DNA of 60,129 bases, the filler included, from Circinaria calcarea (Eukaryota): assembly GCA_051942165.1 (NCBI GenBank). It is 6 parts of 6 records of this genome, joined end to end, with 100 filler letters (N's around TTAATTAATTAA, not from the genome) between each part and the next. Parts side by side here need not be neighbours in the genome. Positions count along the whole stretch, not along the records: positions 1 to 9,980 come from JAVECS010000864.1; positions 10,081 to 20,019 come from JAVECS010000866.1; 4 more parts are not named here. One strand, 5' to 3'. The first letter of the stretch is position 1. Each line of letters begins with the position of its first letter. This document shows positions 1 to 14,312 of the stretch, one piece after another. Made by a program: the position numbers and the translations under genes. The notes beneath the pieces are model-generated. The model saw nothing but the letters and a program-made list of their open reading frames with translations, searched no databases and was not told the DNA's origin.

Positions 1-30
1 CCTAGAGCGCTCGTAGGCTTGCCACTGCAT

Positions 31-1415
31 CTAGTTGCCTACCTGCTGTGCTTGGAAAGGGGGCTTCGCGTTCGAAGCCTTGTTCCCATCAAATCTCCAG
101 ATCCCTCCGGTTTTGTCGCTCTCGATCTTCTCCCCAATAGGCTTGGCCAGCTTCTCAAAGAGTGGGTCCCCGTTCAATCTGGTGAAAAACCTTCGTTCCC
201 ATTCCCTGCCTTCGGCTTGCTCCTTCCGCCGCAATTCACGCTGCGATTCCTCGATCTTGCTCTTCTCCTGCCCTACGAGAGCCATGTCGCCTTTCAGAAT
301 TCCCTCCTTGACGAGCTTCCATGCCCGATTGGATTCAAGTGGGTCTTGCTCTTCTATACGCGCCGTTATGAGAGGGGTCGTCCGATGGTTTTTGTGATCA
401 AACACCTCTATTTGCTTCCCGTGCTTCTTGCCGCCTCCTTCGTAGATGATGAAACCCTCATTCCATTGACCTTCGACGGTGTACAAAGTTTCTTTTTCCC
501 TACCTTCGGGATAGAGTGTGGCCGTGAAGCTATTTTTCTTCCCGGAGACCCAGCCCTTGCCGGAGTAGTCAATTTTGGCTACATAGCCGCTGGAGGAGGA
601 GATGTAGGTTGCTTTGCTGAGTTCAACAAATGGGCTGCCGTAGATAAGGCCTTCGATGTGAATTTTGGGGAGGGTGATTAGGTAGTCTTCGTTGTACGCA
701 TCAAGGTGAAGGAGAGCATGGCCGATTTGCTTGACATGGATGGTTCGAGAGAAGGAAGCTTTTTGCGCATTGTAGCCTTGAAGCTGCAAGAAAGTTTCAG
801 TACCCCTCTCCTTGCGATTCAAAACAATGAGAGATTTTGACTGACTCTGACACCATGTTTCTCATTCCAAATGCAATACGCTGTCACCGGAGGATGGTGA
901 CTACGCACCTGTCAGGATTAACCTACTCTGGGACACAGGACTAGCATAGAGACGACACACCTTACTTGCTCCGATACCAGTTGTGTCGTCCCAGCTTGAT
1001 CCTCCCATTTGCCCAGGAATAGCTCCCCCAAGAATGGATTCAATGGCTTTTTCTCCGAGCCTAACTTGTCACTTCTGCTACAGTACTGCTGCTTCAATAC
1101 GCTTAAGAACCACTTCAGGACTAATAACGCGCGCTTCGCGGGATCGGGCTCCGAGGCCGGTGCCACAAATATGGAAGGATGTTCGGTCCAGTACGCCGAA
1201 AACTCAGCCAAAGAAATGGTTCCTAGGATAAAGGGAGGAGCAGTCAAAGTCGAGAGATCACCGTTATAGGATGCTATCGACTGCAAAGAAACTCAGTCGT
1301 GGCGCAGGCATAACCATGCCAGATTGCGGGAGCGACATACCTTGAGGAAGGAAGCCCACGAGCCCTTATTCTGCGGGGCCACGCCAGCGCCCTCTTCCTG
1401 TTTCGACGATGACAT
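31..1415 (-). CDS. KES1: Oxysterol-binding protein (Kes1/Osh4 type), 4 exons
   Basis: Spliced translation [53 protein letters not shown]..|[11 protein letters not shown]. The OSBP signature EQVSHHPP is split by an intron (901-960). Other introns at about 1281-1340 and 785-846. Confidence 0.93.
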
Positions 1416-1869
1416 GTTCGGAGAGTCGAAAACCACTGATACGGCAAACGAATGATACTGTTAGAAGGTCGTGACTCTGTAGATTTTGGACAAGAGCGCA
1501 GGACAAGCAGGGCAAGGGTGGCAAGGGAATAGACGAGGCAAGGTGATGACGAGTTAGAGCATAAGCGGCAATCAGGCGGGCCCGGAGTGTTGTGGCGCTA
1601 CCGATTGTATTCTAAGGCTAAACGCCACACTCGGCTGTTCTACTGTAGGCGCCACAAATTCACCATTCAACCTTTCCCGCATCCCGGAGTATCTAGAAAT
1701 AGTAATGCTTATTTCAACCCTAACCATTAAACTTGAACGACCCCTGGAATGACTTGCTTTTGTATCTCTATATGGGTCCTATTTCACTCGATTTTGGGGA
1801 ATGCAAGTTTCCGATACTTCTCTCAAAGGATACAGCGCCGGCTCCGAACAGGATGTCCTGTCGTACGCT

Positions 1870-3698
<1,829 letters not shown>

Positions 3699-4027
3699 GA
3701 TGATGAAAAGGTATCTACGTGATTGCAAAGAGTCAATGGATGGTTGTGGTGGAGCAAAGAAAGCTGTGGTTCCTGCCTCTTCTTAAAAGAATCTACAAAA
3801 TGTCGAGATGGTGGGGCAGGAAGCTAAGCTCGGAAGCGCCACACGTCAGCCTGCAGAAGGTCCAAACCCAAATTCAGCATCCTCCCACGCCTCCTTTCCG
3901 CTTCGAGCCCGTCAGAGAGCATAGTTGGTAGAGCTTTGGATGTTCTGATCGCGCGTCCCTGACTCCCTCAGGCGCTTCATCTGCCAATCATCCATCTTCT
4001 CCTCACCGCCCCCTTCATTTCGAATCC

Positions 4028-4661
4028 CTAAATGTCGGAAACTTTCTTCCCAAAGAAGACATCGCGATAGAATCTGGCTTCTTCGATACTCTCCAAGATA
4101 TCCTCCCGGGCCTGATGAAGACCTTTCTTGGACGGAACTTGCCCGAGGAGCTCCGCTGCCGCCCACCTCCGGGCGGCCTCCTTAATCGAGCTGACATCTA
4201 GAATTCTGTAATGCAGATGTTTCAATACTCGGTCATAAGGTGGCTTGTTAAGGAACTCTTTGTCGCAATGCACGCTGTTGCCGGCGAGGAGGCCTCTGCG
4301 TGGCGTAGGAATCAACCGCTGGATGTATCGGAGGAGATTGCTCGCGGCTTCTTCAGGTGTCGTACTGGATGAAATGCAAGCAGCTGTGAGACCGGATTTG
4401 CCGTGGGTGTCGATACACCATTCGCCCATCTGGTCCAATGTAGAACTGTCGTGGTGGATCACTGCGTCGAAGCCTTTTTGATCGAGCAGATTGAGATTCG
4501 CATCTGTAACGAAACATGATATCGACATAATCCTATCATTCTCACGATCTAGACCGGTCATCTGAAATCTATGAGCAATGGATCTATCGACCTTGTAGCT
4601 GTATGAAATATACCTCACAGTCTATCCATGCTAACGGGTCTTTGGAGCGACTGGACGCCAT
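4028..4661 (-). CDS. REX2: Oligoribonuclease (DEDDh exonuclease), 2 exons
   Basis: PLAWIDCE|MTGLD, LAGNSVHCDKEFL, LHYRILDVSSIKE, H.AREDILESIEE: Orn/Rex2 motifs. Confidence 0.93.
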
Positions 4662-4870
4662 TGTACGACTCTGAGCAATTAGCAGAGGAACTTGCAGGGT
4701 GGTTGAAGAACTATTGTAGTCCTTTAGAGCGGGTGTCGTTGATTGTAACTTTTCTGCACCTCATCTTGTCAACTCCAGGAGATACCAACTAAAACCTCGG
4801 CTTGAATGATTATTTAAAAAGCCACAAATCAACCAAAGCTGTTTGGTTACCAGCTCATCTGCGACAAGTA

Positions 4871-6725
4871 ATGGGAGACTCGGGCGAATCATCAAACGAG
4901 AGGAGATCTCTCCCTAGACTTCTCATCGTAGGCGCCGGGGCTCGAGGGAATGCCTACGCCCGAGCAGTTACCAGAAGCGGACTCGGCATTATAGCATCAG
5001 TGGCAGAGCCCATTTCCTCCAAGCGTACGAACCTAGGTGGTCGGTACATCTGGCATGCTGGCAAAAGGCAAGAAGATCAAGAGTTCGATTATTGGCAGGA
5101 CTACGTAGAGTATGAAAAAATACGGAGGCGACGAGAGGAGGCCGGAGAAAGGGTCCTGCCCGGCTTCGACGGAGTGTTTGTTTGTACTTTGGATGAGACT
5201 CATGCAGCAATCATTACGGCGCTGGCGCCGTTGGGTCTACATATTATGAGCGAGAAGCCACTGGCAACGACTCTAGGCGATTGCATCAGTATCTATCGAT
5301 CTCTACAAGGGATAGGAGAGCAGGCGTCGCCGCTTGATGGGGGTAAGTGGTTGCTCTTGATATAACAGTCATAACCCTCACCCGATGAAAACATGTCATA
5401 ATTGTCGATATTTCCATCCGAGAAATCATATACCTTGACACGCGGTGGCCATTCGAGGTGTGTGACCGCTAACTGTGATGGTAATTCTGCTTTAGGTTCT
5501 CGACAGCCGCCAGCTTCTGAACCGCCTAGAGCGATTTTCTCAGTCGGTCATGTTCTCCGGTACAGCCCTCACAACATGCTTCTTCGAAAGTTGCTCCTTG
5601 AGGATAACGTGATAGGGGACATCATATCCATGGAGCATACTGAACCAGTGGGATGGTGGCATTTCTCGCATAGCTATGTTCGGTAGGTTTCAATCCCATA
5701 AAGATCGGATATTATTGACGGTCGCAAGCGGGAATTGGCGGAAAGAATCCAAGACAGCCCCATCGCTCTTGACCAAATCTTGCCATGACATTGATTTTCT
5801 TCTGTGGCTACTTTGTTCACCTGCACCATCTAGCAAAGAGGCACCCCATCTCCCAAGTTTGGTCACTTCGGTCGGCTCCCTAGCTTACTTCAAGAGGTCT
5901 CGTAAACCGGCACTCGCTGGTGATGCCACCAACTGTCTGTCGTGTCCCGCGGAAAGAGAATGCATGTATAGTGCAAAGAAGATATATCATGAACGCCATC
6001 TAGCTAGAGGTAATACCGGATGGCCAGTCAACATCGTGGATCCGGAGATAGAAGAATGTCTAGCTGGCCCTGGAGATAAGAACCAGGCTGGGAGCGCGGC
6101 TAATGCCAAACTGATGCAGCGCCTTGCTGAGGATTACAGCGCTGAAACGCGACAATCGGAGATTGAGAAGCGTCCTTGGTTTGGACGTTGCGTATATGAA
6201 TCAGACAATGACGTTTGCGACGACCAAATAGTGACCATCGAATGGGATGAAGACCCATTACCTTTGGACGGAGTGGCAGAATGTTCGCTACGAAATAGAG
6301 GGGCAAAGACAGCAGCTTTTCACATGGTGGCTTTCACGGAGAAGCAATGTGAAAGGAGAGGACGTATATACGGGACCAAGGGAGAGATAGAATATGACAG
6401 CAAATTAATCAAGACGCACGATTTTACGACCGGTCAAACGGAATTCCACCATCCAGATCAGCCAGGCGGTGGACATGGAGGAGGCGATGACGGGCTTGCA
6501 CAGCAATATATCAGAGCCATCGACGCAGTCAAAAACCGCGGGATGAGCGTGGAACAGGCTCAGCGCTTATACGTTGGATGCTCCCTGGATGAAGTGATTC
6601 GGAGTCACGCCATGGTGTTCGCTGCGGAGGAGGCAAGAAGAGAGAAAAAGGTGGTGGTTTGGAAGGATTGGTGGGCGGCTAATGTGGAAGGGCAGTTCTT
6701 AAAGGTATCGACGCTGAAAGTCTAG
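4871..6725 (+). CDS. Gfo/Idh/MocA-family NAD(P)-dependent oxidoreductase (YteT/StrI-like), 3 exons
   Basis: Rossmann motif LIVGAGARG, EKPLA, VGHVLRYSP, HFSHSYVR|GNWR, KSCHDID, GGHGGGD. Introns at about 5343-5494 and 5683-5728. Confidence 0.88.
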
Positions 6726-8026
6726 CACTTACGGTACTTTGCATAGGTCGTCTGAAAAGTACTCGTACGGCATTGTAGGAAAAAAACAATGAATATGAAA
6801 TGCGATACGAAAGCGGGCATGGCTCATCAATCCGTAAGCATAACATCAAATCAAGGTTCATTAGACTTTGAAATCGTAATAAGTTGCCTTCAGCACAAAC
6901 AATGCAAGAAAGACGTCTTCCATGGAGAGATGAGAGGCGAGGTTCTGGTTGCTTTGATGGTGATGAAAAGAAGTGGTACTCATCTAAACCAAGCTAGCAT
7001 ATCGTGTCTTGACTTCGGCTTGGGAAGAGCGCGTCTAGATGATCGTGTGGACGTGCCGCCGATATCTTCCTGGCGTGATTGAGGACGTGTTTGAGATAAT
7101 CGCCTTAGGAAGCCGCTATGAAGTAGGAATAGTCATGGTGTCGAGAGCATACACCAATTGGAGGCGTCAAATGAGGTATGACTCTTACCGTCTGCTTCGT
7201 GGTCCGTGGTTACAAGGGTGGCCGGGGGCCCATTCGAGCTTAGCCGAATTTTAGCCAAGCGCCGGCTTCACTACGTTACGCGCTGGAAGGACTCGCCCTA
7301 CTCCACCTTCGTCGGTGGAATATCTACGACGACGCGCCGAGCTGCCCTGGATTCCGACGACCAGTCGTGATCCGCGTTATTTCTGGCCGGCGTTTGCCCG
7401 GATGAAACATATCAACATGGAGATTCGCGCCTCGATTGCCAGTCTCCGTGGCGGGCATGGCTACCTCGATGCTTAAGCTCTTCCACTTCGAGGCGCCTTC
7501 TGACCTGTTCGCGACAACGATTAAGATCCCGCTCAGTCTGGAATGGTCCAGGTGCATAGAATTAGCATACTCATCAAACAGACTCCGCGTTGACGCGCGA
7601 CATCAGAGTCTTTGTCGTTGGAAGCTCCAGGCTTCGCTCTCCATATTCTGCCCTACGGCATCCTACCCTGGTGCTCATGGTAGTACTATCGTACTATTCC
7701 AAGTTTCAGATATGCTTTCTGCGAAGCTTCCTCGTTTGCTCTCTGTTGACATGTTTCATCCAAGGGTATACATCATGGGGTGTATGTGGAGGATAAGTAT
7801 TGCCTCATGGCCGCTCCGTTTTCTCTCCTGCCTCATCAGTGATACCCCAGTCAAACGAGTCTTCTTTGTCATTTTCTTTCCCCATAGCCTAAAATTATAC
7901 TCAGGAGCTGGTCTCCCTATCTAATATATTTTTTTGAGCAGCTAGGAACGTTGAGTTCTCCAGTAGGCCATGGCCCTGTCTCTCTGTTTCCCACATCAAT
8001 CACTAATTGCTTGGCTTTTTAGCAAT

Positions 8027-9709
8027 ATGCCCCTCGAACCATACCAATATCAACCCGTCACTCCTCCACAGCCCTCATTCGACTCGCGGGAAAATACCAG
8101 CATCGGCCATATTCGCAACATATCGGGTTCATCGTCGTGGTCCCTCGACCTTTCGCCTGCTTCCGTCGAAACCAACATCACCACACCTTCCCGCTCTCCC
8201 ATCGGGCGATCAGGTCCATGTCACTCTGCCGATCTCGGTACCACAATAACCTCCAGATCACCCATTCGACAGCATGGGCCGACACTTCTACCAAGGATAA
8301 GAACACAAGATCAGTCGATCGAACCATCCTTTAGAGTATTACAGCTCCACCGCCGGGCTTTATCAACTAAGACTAACCCGCCGGGACAGGCTTTGCCCGT
8401 GCGGCCAGTTGTCGCAAGGAGTACAACAAGTCCTTCAGAGTGTATATCATTGATCTCGCCAACCTCTGATGGCTCCAACTTCAGCTCAGGCGTCAACAGC
8501 GCCGTGAGCACTCCCATCACCATCACACCATCGCATCTGCGGGGTAACGGCCGGCATGCCAGGTCCGTTTCCACGTCCGGGATCGACGATGGCATCTTGC
8601 GAAAATATGGCTACCCATACAATCGTGCCCCAACATATATCGGTGCCCAATGGGGTCCTTCGGTTATTCCGGGCTCTTCTACCTTCATCGCTCCGCCAAT
8701 TCAAAGGCTGCAACCTCAAGTATACGAAACTGTCTCCGAGGAACTGGTTTTTCAAAGCGCGGATGAGCCGGCAAGCACGCTGACAGAGTATTTTACTGCC
8801 CCAAATCCAGCAATCAATATTGTTCGTGAGGTCAACACTGTTCGAGGGAGGGGGATAAACGCACACTTTTGGTGGGACATTAGGAACCTGCGCGCTTGGG
8901 AAGATTTCAACGTTGACACTATTCATGGAATACGTTCTTTCCCTCAACTGCTGGAGGCATGCATACCATGTCAAGGACTTCCGACACCTGTGATTGCGCC
9001 GCACCGTCTAAGACCAGACTCCGAAGCAGCGCTTCGTGATGTCTGTAATGATTTCTATGTTGCCAAAGTCAATGCTGCCATGAAAGTTGCCCTTGGTCAT
9101 ATCAATTATCTTTGTATGCGTGCCGAGAAGTCTCGAGATGGTCCGCACTTTGTGTCAAACTATCAGAATGACATGGCAAAGACGCTGGCCGGTAACGGGC
9201 GCGGTCGGATTGTTGGAATTGTGAAGTCTTACGAGGAATGGAATACGGGCATGCGCTCTGAAGCACCCCATCGCAGAGTCAAGTACCTCGGTGGTCTTTC
9301 ACATCTCCATCGTTATATGCGAGAACATGAATGCCGTTATGGATTTATCATTACAGAAATCGAACTGGTATGTGTCCGTGCTGGCACAGAACGTACACCC
9401 CACTTTGGCTTTTTAGAACTTGGTCCCACCATTGCACTGGCGACGCAGGAAGGTTTGACTGCGTGTCTTGCACTATGGTACCTACACATGCTAGCCAAGG
9501 ACCAGCCGCTACCAGGTCAGTGCGGCTGGAGGTTAGATATTGGTGCTCCTGCTGCTATGACACGGATGCACGTGATGGAGGAGAAGGATGATTGGATCCC
9601 AGACCCGCAGGTCGGTGAGAAAAGGGATGCCAAACGGATGAGGGGATGGGTGATGCCTAGTGATCCTTGGAATAAAAGGAAAGAAACCGCAAAGGTGTGG
9701 AATAAGTAA
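8027..9709 (+). CDS. Conserved fungal protein: disordered S/P/T-rich N-terminus plus C-terminal domain resembling a degenerate PD-(D/E)XK fold
   Basis: Uninterrupted ~560-aa ORF. C-terminal part WWDIRNLRAW..PHF..VGIVKS..LHRYMREHECRYGFIITEIELVCVR..LTACLALWYLHMLA. Confidence 0.75.
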   Translation: MPLEPYQYQPVTPPQPSFDSRENTSIGHIRNISGSSSWSLDLSPASVETNITTPSRSPIGRSGPCHSADLGTTITSRSPIRQHGPTLLPRIRTQDQSIEPSFRVLQLHRRALSTKTNPPGQALPVRPVVARSTTSPSECISLISPTSDGSNFSSGVNSAVSTPITITPSHLRGNGRHARSVSTSGIDDGILRKYGYPYNRAPTYIGAQWGPSVIPGSSTFIAPPIQRLQPQVYETVSEELVFQSADEPASTLTEYFTAPNPAINIVREVNTVRGRGINAHFWWDIRNLRAWEDFNVDTIHGIRSFPQLLEACIPCQGLPTPVIAPHRLRPDSEAALRDVCNDFYVAKVNAAMKVALGHINYLCMRAEKSRDGPHFVSNYQNDMAKTLAGNGRGRIVGIVKSYEEWNTGMRSEAPHRRVKYLGGLSHLHRYMREHECRYGFIITEIELVCVRAGTERTPHFGFLELGPTIALATQEGLTACLALWYLHMLAKDQPLPGQCGWRLDIGAPAAMTRMHVMEEKDDWIPDPQVGEKRDAKRMRGWVMPSDPWNKRKETAKVWNK

Positions 9710-9980
9710 TTTATATTCATTTAATAAAATCTATTCCCGCTGATTTTTCTAGTGGATAATTAAATCAGAACCGACCTCAGATCTAAATAAGGCCACTTTA
9801 AATATAATTTTGAAATTATTTCTAATATCCTCTTTATTAATACTCCGTCCAGAATATTATTTTATATAGGGCTGAAAATAGGGTAAAATATTAATTTATA
9901 TTTTTTTAATTAATATAGAAATTTTAAATAAATTATAAATTATAAATTTTTTTTATAAATTTAATTTTTATAAAATTATA
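9710..9980. repeat. Very AT-rich, TpA-rich segment at contig end, probable RIP-degraded repeat
   Basis: Abrupt shift to near-pure A/T (e.g. taaaattataaattataaatttt) right after the stop codon, running into the gap. Confidence 0.6.
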
Positions 9981-10080
9981 NNNNNNNNNNNNNNNNNNNN
10001 NNNNNNNNNNNNNNNNNNNNNNNNTTAATTAATTAANNNNNNNNNNNNNNNNNNNNNNNNNNNNNNNNNNNNNNNNNNNN
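9981..10080. other. Artificial contig linker N44-TTAATTAATTAA-N44
   Basis: 100 nt; the 12-mer gives stops in all six frames; identical at five positions. Confidence 0.97.
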
Positions 10081-11571
10081 CTCTTCCCCTTCCTCGCCCT
10101 CCCTCCTTTCTTTCCCCCACTCTTCCTTCCTCCTCTCCCTACTCCACTTTCTACTTCCCTACTTCTCACTCGGCGAAGTCCTCAGGGAGATAACCAATCT
10201 TACGCCAACTGCACTCTTGTACAAGAACAGAGAAGAGAAGAGGAATACTACAACCGGATACTCGAAGAGACGGGAGGAAAAGGAGAGGGAAAAAGAGAGG
10301 GAAAGAGAAGAAACGCCATACACATTGCTAGCAAAGTCCGGCCAATCATACTGAAGGCTCGGACGGTATTGAACAAGAGGTAGTAAATGCCCTTAATCAG
10401 ATTGTCAACGTATCTGCCCTCTTGCCCTCTTAGACCGCCTAGATTACTCTCCAAAGTCCAAGCCTCATGCACGTGACTTGGACTTGATATTAAACCAGTC
10501 CTGCTAGCCTTATCTCCTGAACATTAAGCGAATTGGACCGCAGCCCTGACCGTTAGGTTCAGCGGACTATTCTTAAAACTGATATTGAAAAAAGACGAGA
10601 AAAGTGGAGTGGACTAGTGTGGGAGTAGTCATCAACACCAAGAAAGACAATCTTTCCATATTAAGCGTTCAGGAGGAGGAGAGGATGCGAAAAACAGTGC
10701 CAATCTCCACAGTGCAGACAGAAGCGAGAGCTTCATACAAACGCCCTCGACAAACGTGCATTCCGGATCTCTGCATAAGTATTTTCCATGGGTTCCGTGT
10801 CTGGTGCATCGAGTCAGTATCGCCGTTCCCGCACGGACTGATGCATGATATGCCAGTATCCATGTATCGAGTTACAAATCACGGTCACTCCGATGCATTT
10901 CCGCACCGCATATCAAGTTGCACTAACAATACCTCCATGAACGTGTAATCTTCTTATTTCATTAAGCATTTTCCCCCTCCTCGGTCCTGTCTTCCAAGAG
11001 TAAGATGCAAACAAACAGTAGTATACTTTCAAACCGCTATGGAAACATGACAGGTGGAAAAGACGCTTCGCTCAATGACTACCAGCAAGCAATGATGTCA
11101 GGAACAAGACATGATCAGACCTACGGGATCGCACCAAGCATAGTAAAGCCACCCTGCCAGCCCTATAAAACCTGAGAAGCAAAAAAATTCTGCAATTTTC
11201 AATGTGCGAAGAGCCAGTGCGATGTTCGGAAAGATAGTGTCGTCAGGATGCATCATGTAAGAACGACAGGATACCGCCATATGTTGGTATCGGTGGTTTG
11301 TAGCTGGAATACCCAATGTAGAACGCCCACATTCTGTCCCAAGTCATTTTAACAGGTGCAGACTTGATGCCGACCATTCTCATTAGCTACGAAGTACATG
11401 GCGAACATTGGGTCTCAATTTTTCGGCATATGTGTACCTGCTTGTCAGGCTAGTGACGATTAGGTAAAGGCCATGGAGGTTCGGTCAAGACGGCTGCGTA
11501 ACGATTTCGTGACAGGGAGCCGTGAAGGTAATCATGTTGTAGGGCATTGCTTTCAGTGCCGCGTGAAGTAG

Positions 11572-14312
11572 CTAGAAGAAGTGGGTGTACACTTTGGACT
11601 GTTCATGGACTTCCATCTCCTATTAAATATCAGCAGAGTTTTAGCACTGCTCGATTTATGAGTGTTTACCATCTTGAAGGTATTCAACTCCTCCTTGATC
11701 TGCTGAGCTAACATCGGTGTCAACCTATTACAGGTTGCAATTTCCCCTCTGCGATCATACTCGCCACTGGGCCAGGTGTCATGAAATTGGATCCTTGGAC
11801 TGAAGCTGATGTTACGACCATTAATACTGCGTGGAGTTCCGGGCACGCTCTTAGACTCTCCATTGGCAAACCTTGCAAGTGACATAAAGTAGTCTTCGCC
11901 TTCAATAGTAACCGAGTCGGTGCGTCGATGGGTAGAACGGTTGATATGATCGTCGCCTGGGGTACTCGGTGCACTGGAGCCAGGGGAGTCGTTAAAACGT
12001 GGTAATTGAGGGAGAACAAACTCGGCACTCTTGGCATCAACTGGTCTCTGGACTGGAGAAGAACTCCCTGAATCTGTACCACTCCCTGCATAGAATCAGC
12101 AACTAATAGAACGTTAATCCACATATGCAACTGTTAACATACGTTTCAGAATTCCCTTCTTTACAGCCGCCAATACCTCTGCTCGCTCCCCATCACTCCC
12201 AACTATGCTTCGTCTAGGTCGTACATGATCGCTGCTTCGGTCACTAACTGACATGGATGGTTCATTGGTGGCTAGGCTGGCTGCGTCGATTGAGTTCCTT
12301 CCAAGTTTCGGGAAGCCAGTCCCACCACCTTCATGGTCGTGTGGATCAATGTTGACGTTGACCTTTTCTCGTTCAGCCTCAACTGTTACCATCGAGACTT
12401 GAGCAACACTAGGTTCCGGAACTGTGGCGTCTGCAGCTGGAACTCCAATCACTGACTTCGGCCGAAACAATCCTACTAGAGATCGGCTAGACTTTTTCAT
12501 CCCTTTCCCCATTTTTCTAATCATGATTGATGCCGACGAAGCAGTTGAAGAAATCGATAGGTTATCAGTAGATCCGGTGAAGAAATGTCCTTGGCCAGAA
12601 TATATTCCTTCACCCAATCCTGCTGCTTCCTGCTTTTGCACAATCGCTGCTTGCTCCGCGTCTTGTTCATCTTGATAGCGATCTTTCCTGAGCTTCGCAC
12701 GTTCGACTGACACATTGTTCTGATGGTTGTTCTCTGCCGAGGCCTTTCTCAATTCAGCGGCGCTCCCGAATGAAAACGCACGTCGTAGTCGTGATGATTT
12801 ACCCTCCTTCTTGGTCTCCTTCTTGTTAAGTGCAGCAAGATGCTTTGCTGCGGGACTCTCAGGAATTGCAACATTGGCTGGAGCAGAGACCTCCAATGCC
12901 TGCGAAGTAGGTTGCTTTGGATTCGTAACTGGGTTCTTTGCAGAGGCCGGTTCTGAGGTCATATTAATTGGCTTCGACAAAGGCGAGGGACTCGTTAATC
13001 GTTTATTGGCCTCTGACGAGCCGCGGGGTGGGATGGTAACAAGTTTAGCTTCATGCCGAGTGATGGGTGTTCCTTGACCGATAGCAGTGGGGTTAGCAGA
13101 AGCAACTGCACCGCCCGATTCTAGCTTAGACTATGAGTAGTATGTTAGCGCAAAGATGGACCAATGAAGAGTCATCGTGTGATGTGATGATAGCAATCTT
13201 ACCGAAGATGGTCTCGAGTGAGATAGAACCGAGCTCGTACTGTCGTCACTGCCATGCCGCCCATGGGAGGAGCTAGGACGGGAAGTCCTGGGTGACTTGC
13301 GAATTTCCTGCTTTTCAGAAGAATATTGGTTTGATGCAGCTGCTGCAGGGTTCTTTGGCGCGCTAAGCTGTTCTCGTGGACCAAATTGTACATTTGCATA
13401 TTCTCCTGCATCCAGGCTACTAACGCTTCGCCGACGGTATCGTTTGGCTAATTCCGAAGACGGTTGACGATGGAGAATTGAGTCATCCTTGCTGATAGGC
13501 TTTGCCTGCAATGCATGATGATGCATGCCATCCTGATTGGGTGGTAGTGGAGATCCCCGGTACGAAAGCTGAGACTGCACAGCAACAGAACCCATGGGCT
13601 GGTTGTACAAATGACCAACGGTAGCCATACCTGATCCGGATGGAAGGGCCGATCCGCCACTCGTCTGGCCACCTGTGATTGGAACATTTGTGTCTACCCT
13701 ACGGTTGTTTCGTCGGTACCGATCCGGGGATGGTTTGGCTGCGGTGATAGTCCCTGAGGGATTGATATCAGGTAAGCCTAACTCTATCGACGATAGAGGT
13801 CTTGGTATGGTAGGTGCAACCCTTTGTGTATTGACGGCGAAATCATCTCTTGTCAACGCTTGTTGGCTTGAAGCCGAAGCCGAACTTGAGGGATCTGCAG
13901 TGGGTGTGGAGGCAGAGAATGGTACCGATTGACGCTGTCGGGGCTGGTTCCAAGCGCCAGCGGTATGAGTCTGCTGGATGTGAGGTATTATGGGAGCTGA
14001 TGATGTACGGTTTTCCGTCCGAAGGTGAGGCGTGGTAGGGTTCTGACGCAATGGGTTTGAGTTGTTCGTCACGACAGGTGTACTGGTGAACGCATAGGGT
14101 GCAATTGGTGCCATCGAGGTATGGCCTCTGTAAGATGTTGGTGCCATACTCCCAGTGCTGAGGTTGTAGACGTTGCGGGGCATTTGAGAGGCTCGACTCT
14201 GTTGCTGCGTCTGTCCCCCAGTCTGGAATGGACCCGAGGCTGTAGATGGACGCGCCTGCAGCATGGTGATGGTCGAAAACTGTTGTGGGAATGACTGAAC
14301 GAGTGCCGCCAT
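11572..14312 (-). CDS. Bni4-like PP1 (Glc7)-targeting protein with Phactr-type C-terminus, 4 exons
   Basis: Long low-complexity protein with KKGILK and RNISF PP1-docking motifs. Ends EYDRRGEIATCNRLTPMLAQQIKEELNTFKM|EMEVHEQSKVYTHFF*. Introns at about 13131-13202, 12086-12141 and 11620-11669. Confidence 0.8.

Noticed and set aside
19..681. 220-aa plus-strand ORF
   Set aside because: Antisense shadow of the KES1 last exon; no motifs.
5343..5494. Possible box C/D snoRNA in the 152-nt intron of the Gfo/Idh/MocA gene
   Set aside because: Only imperfect boxes (CGATGA, CCGA), with no terminal stem or recognisable rRNA guide; needs a snoscan/Rfam search.
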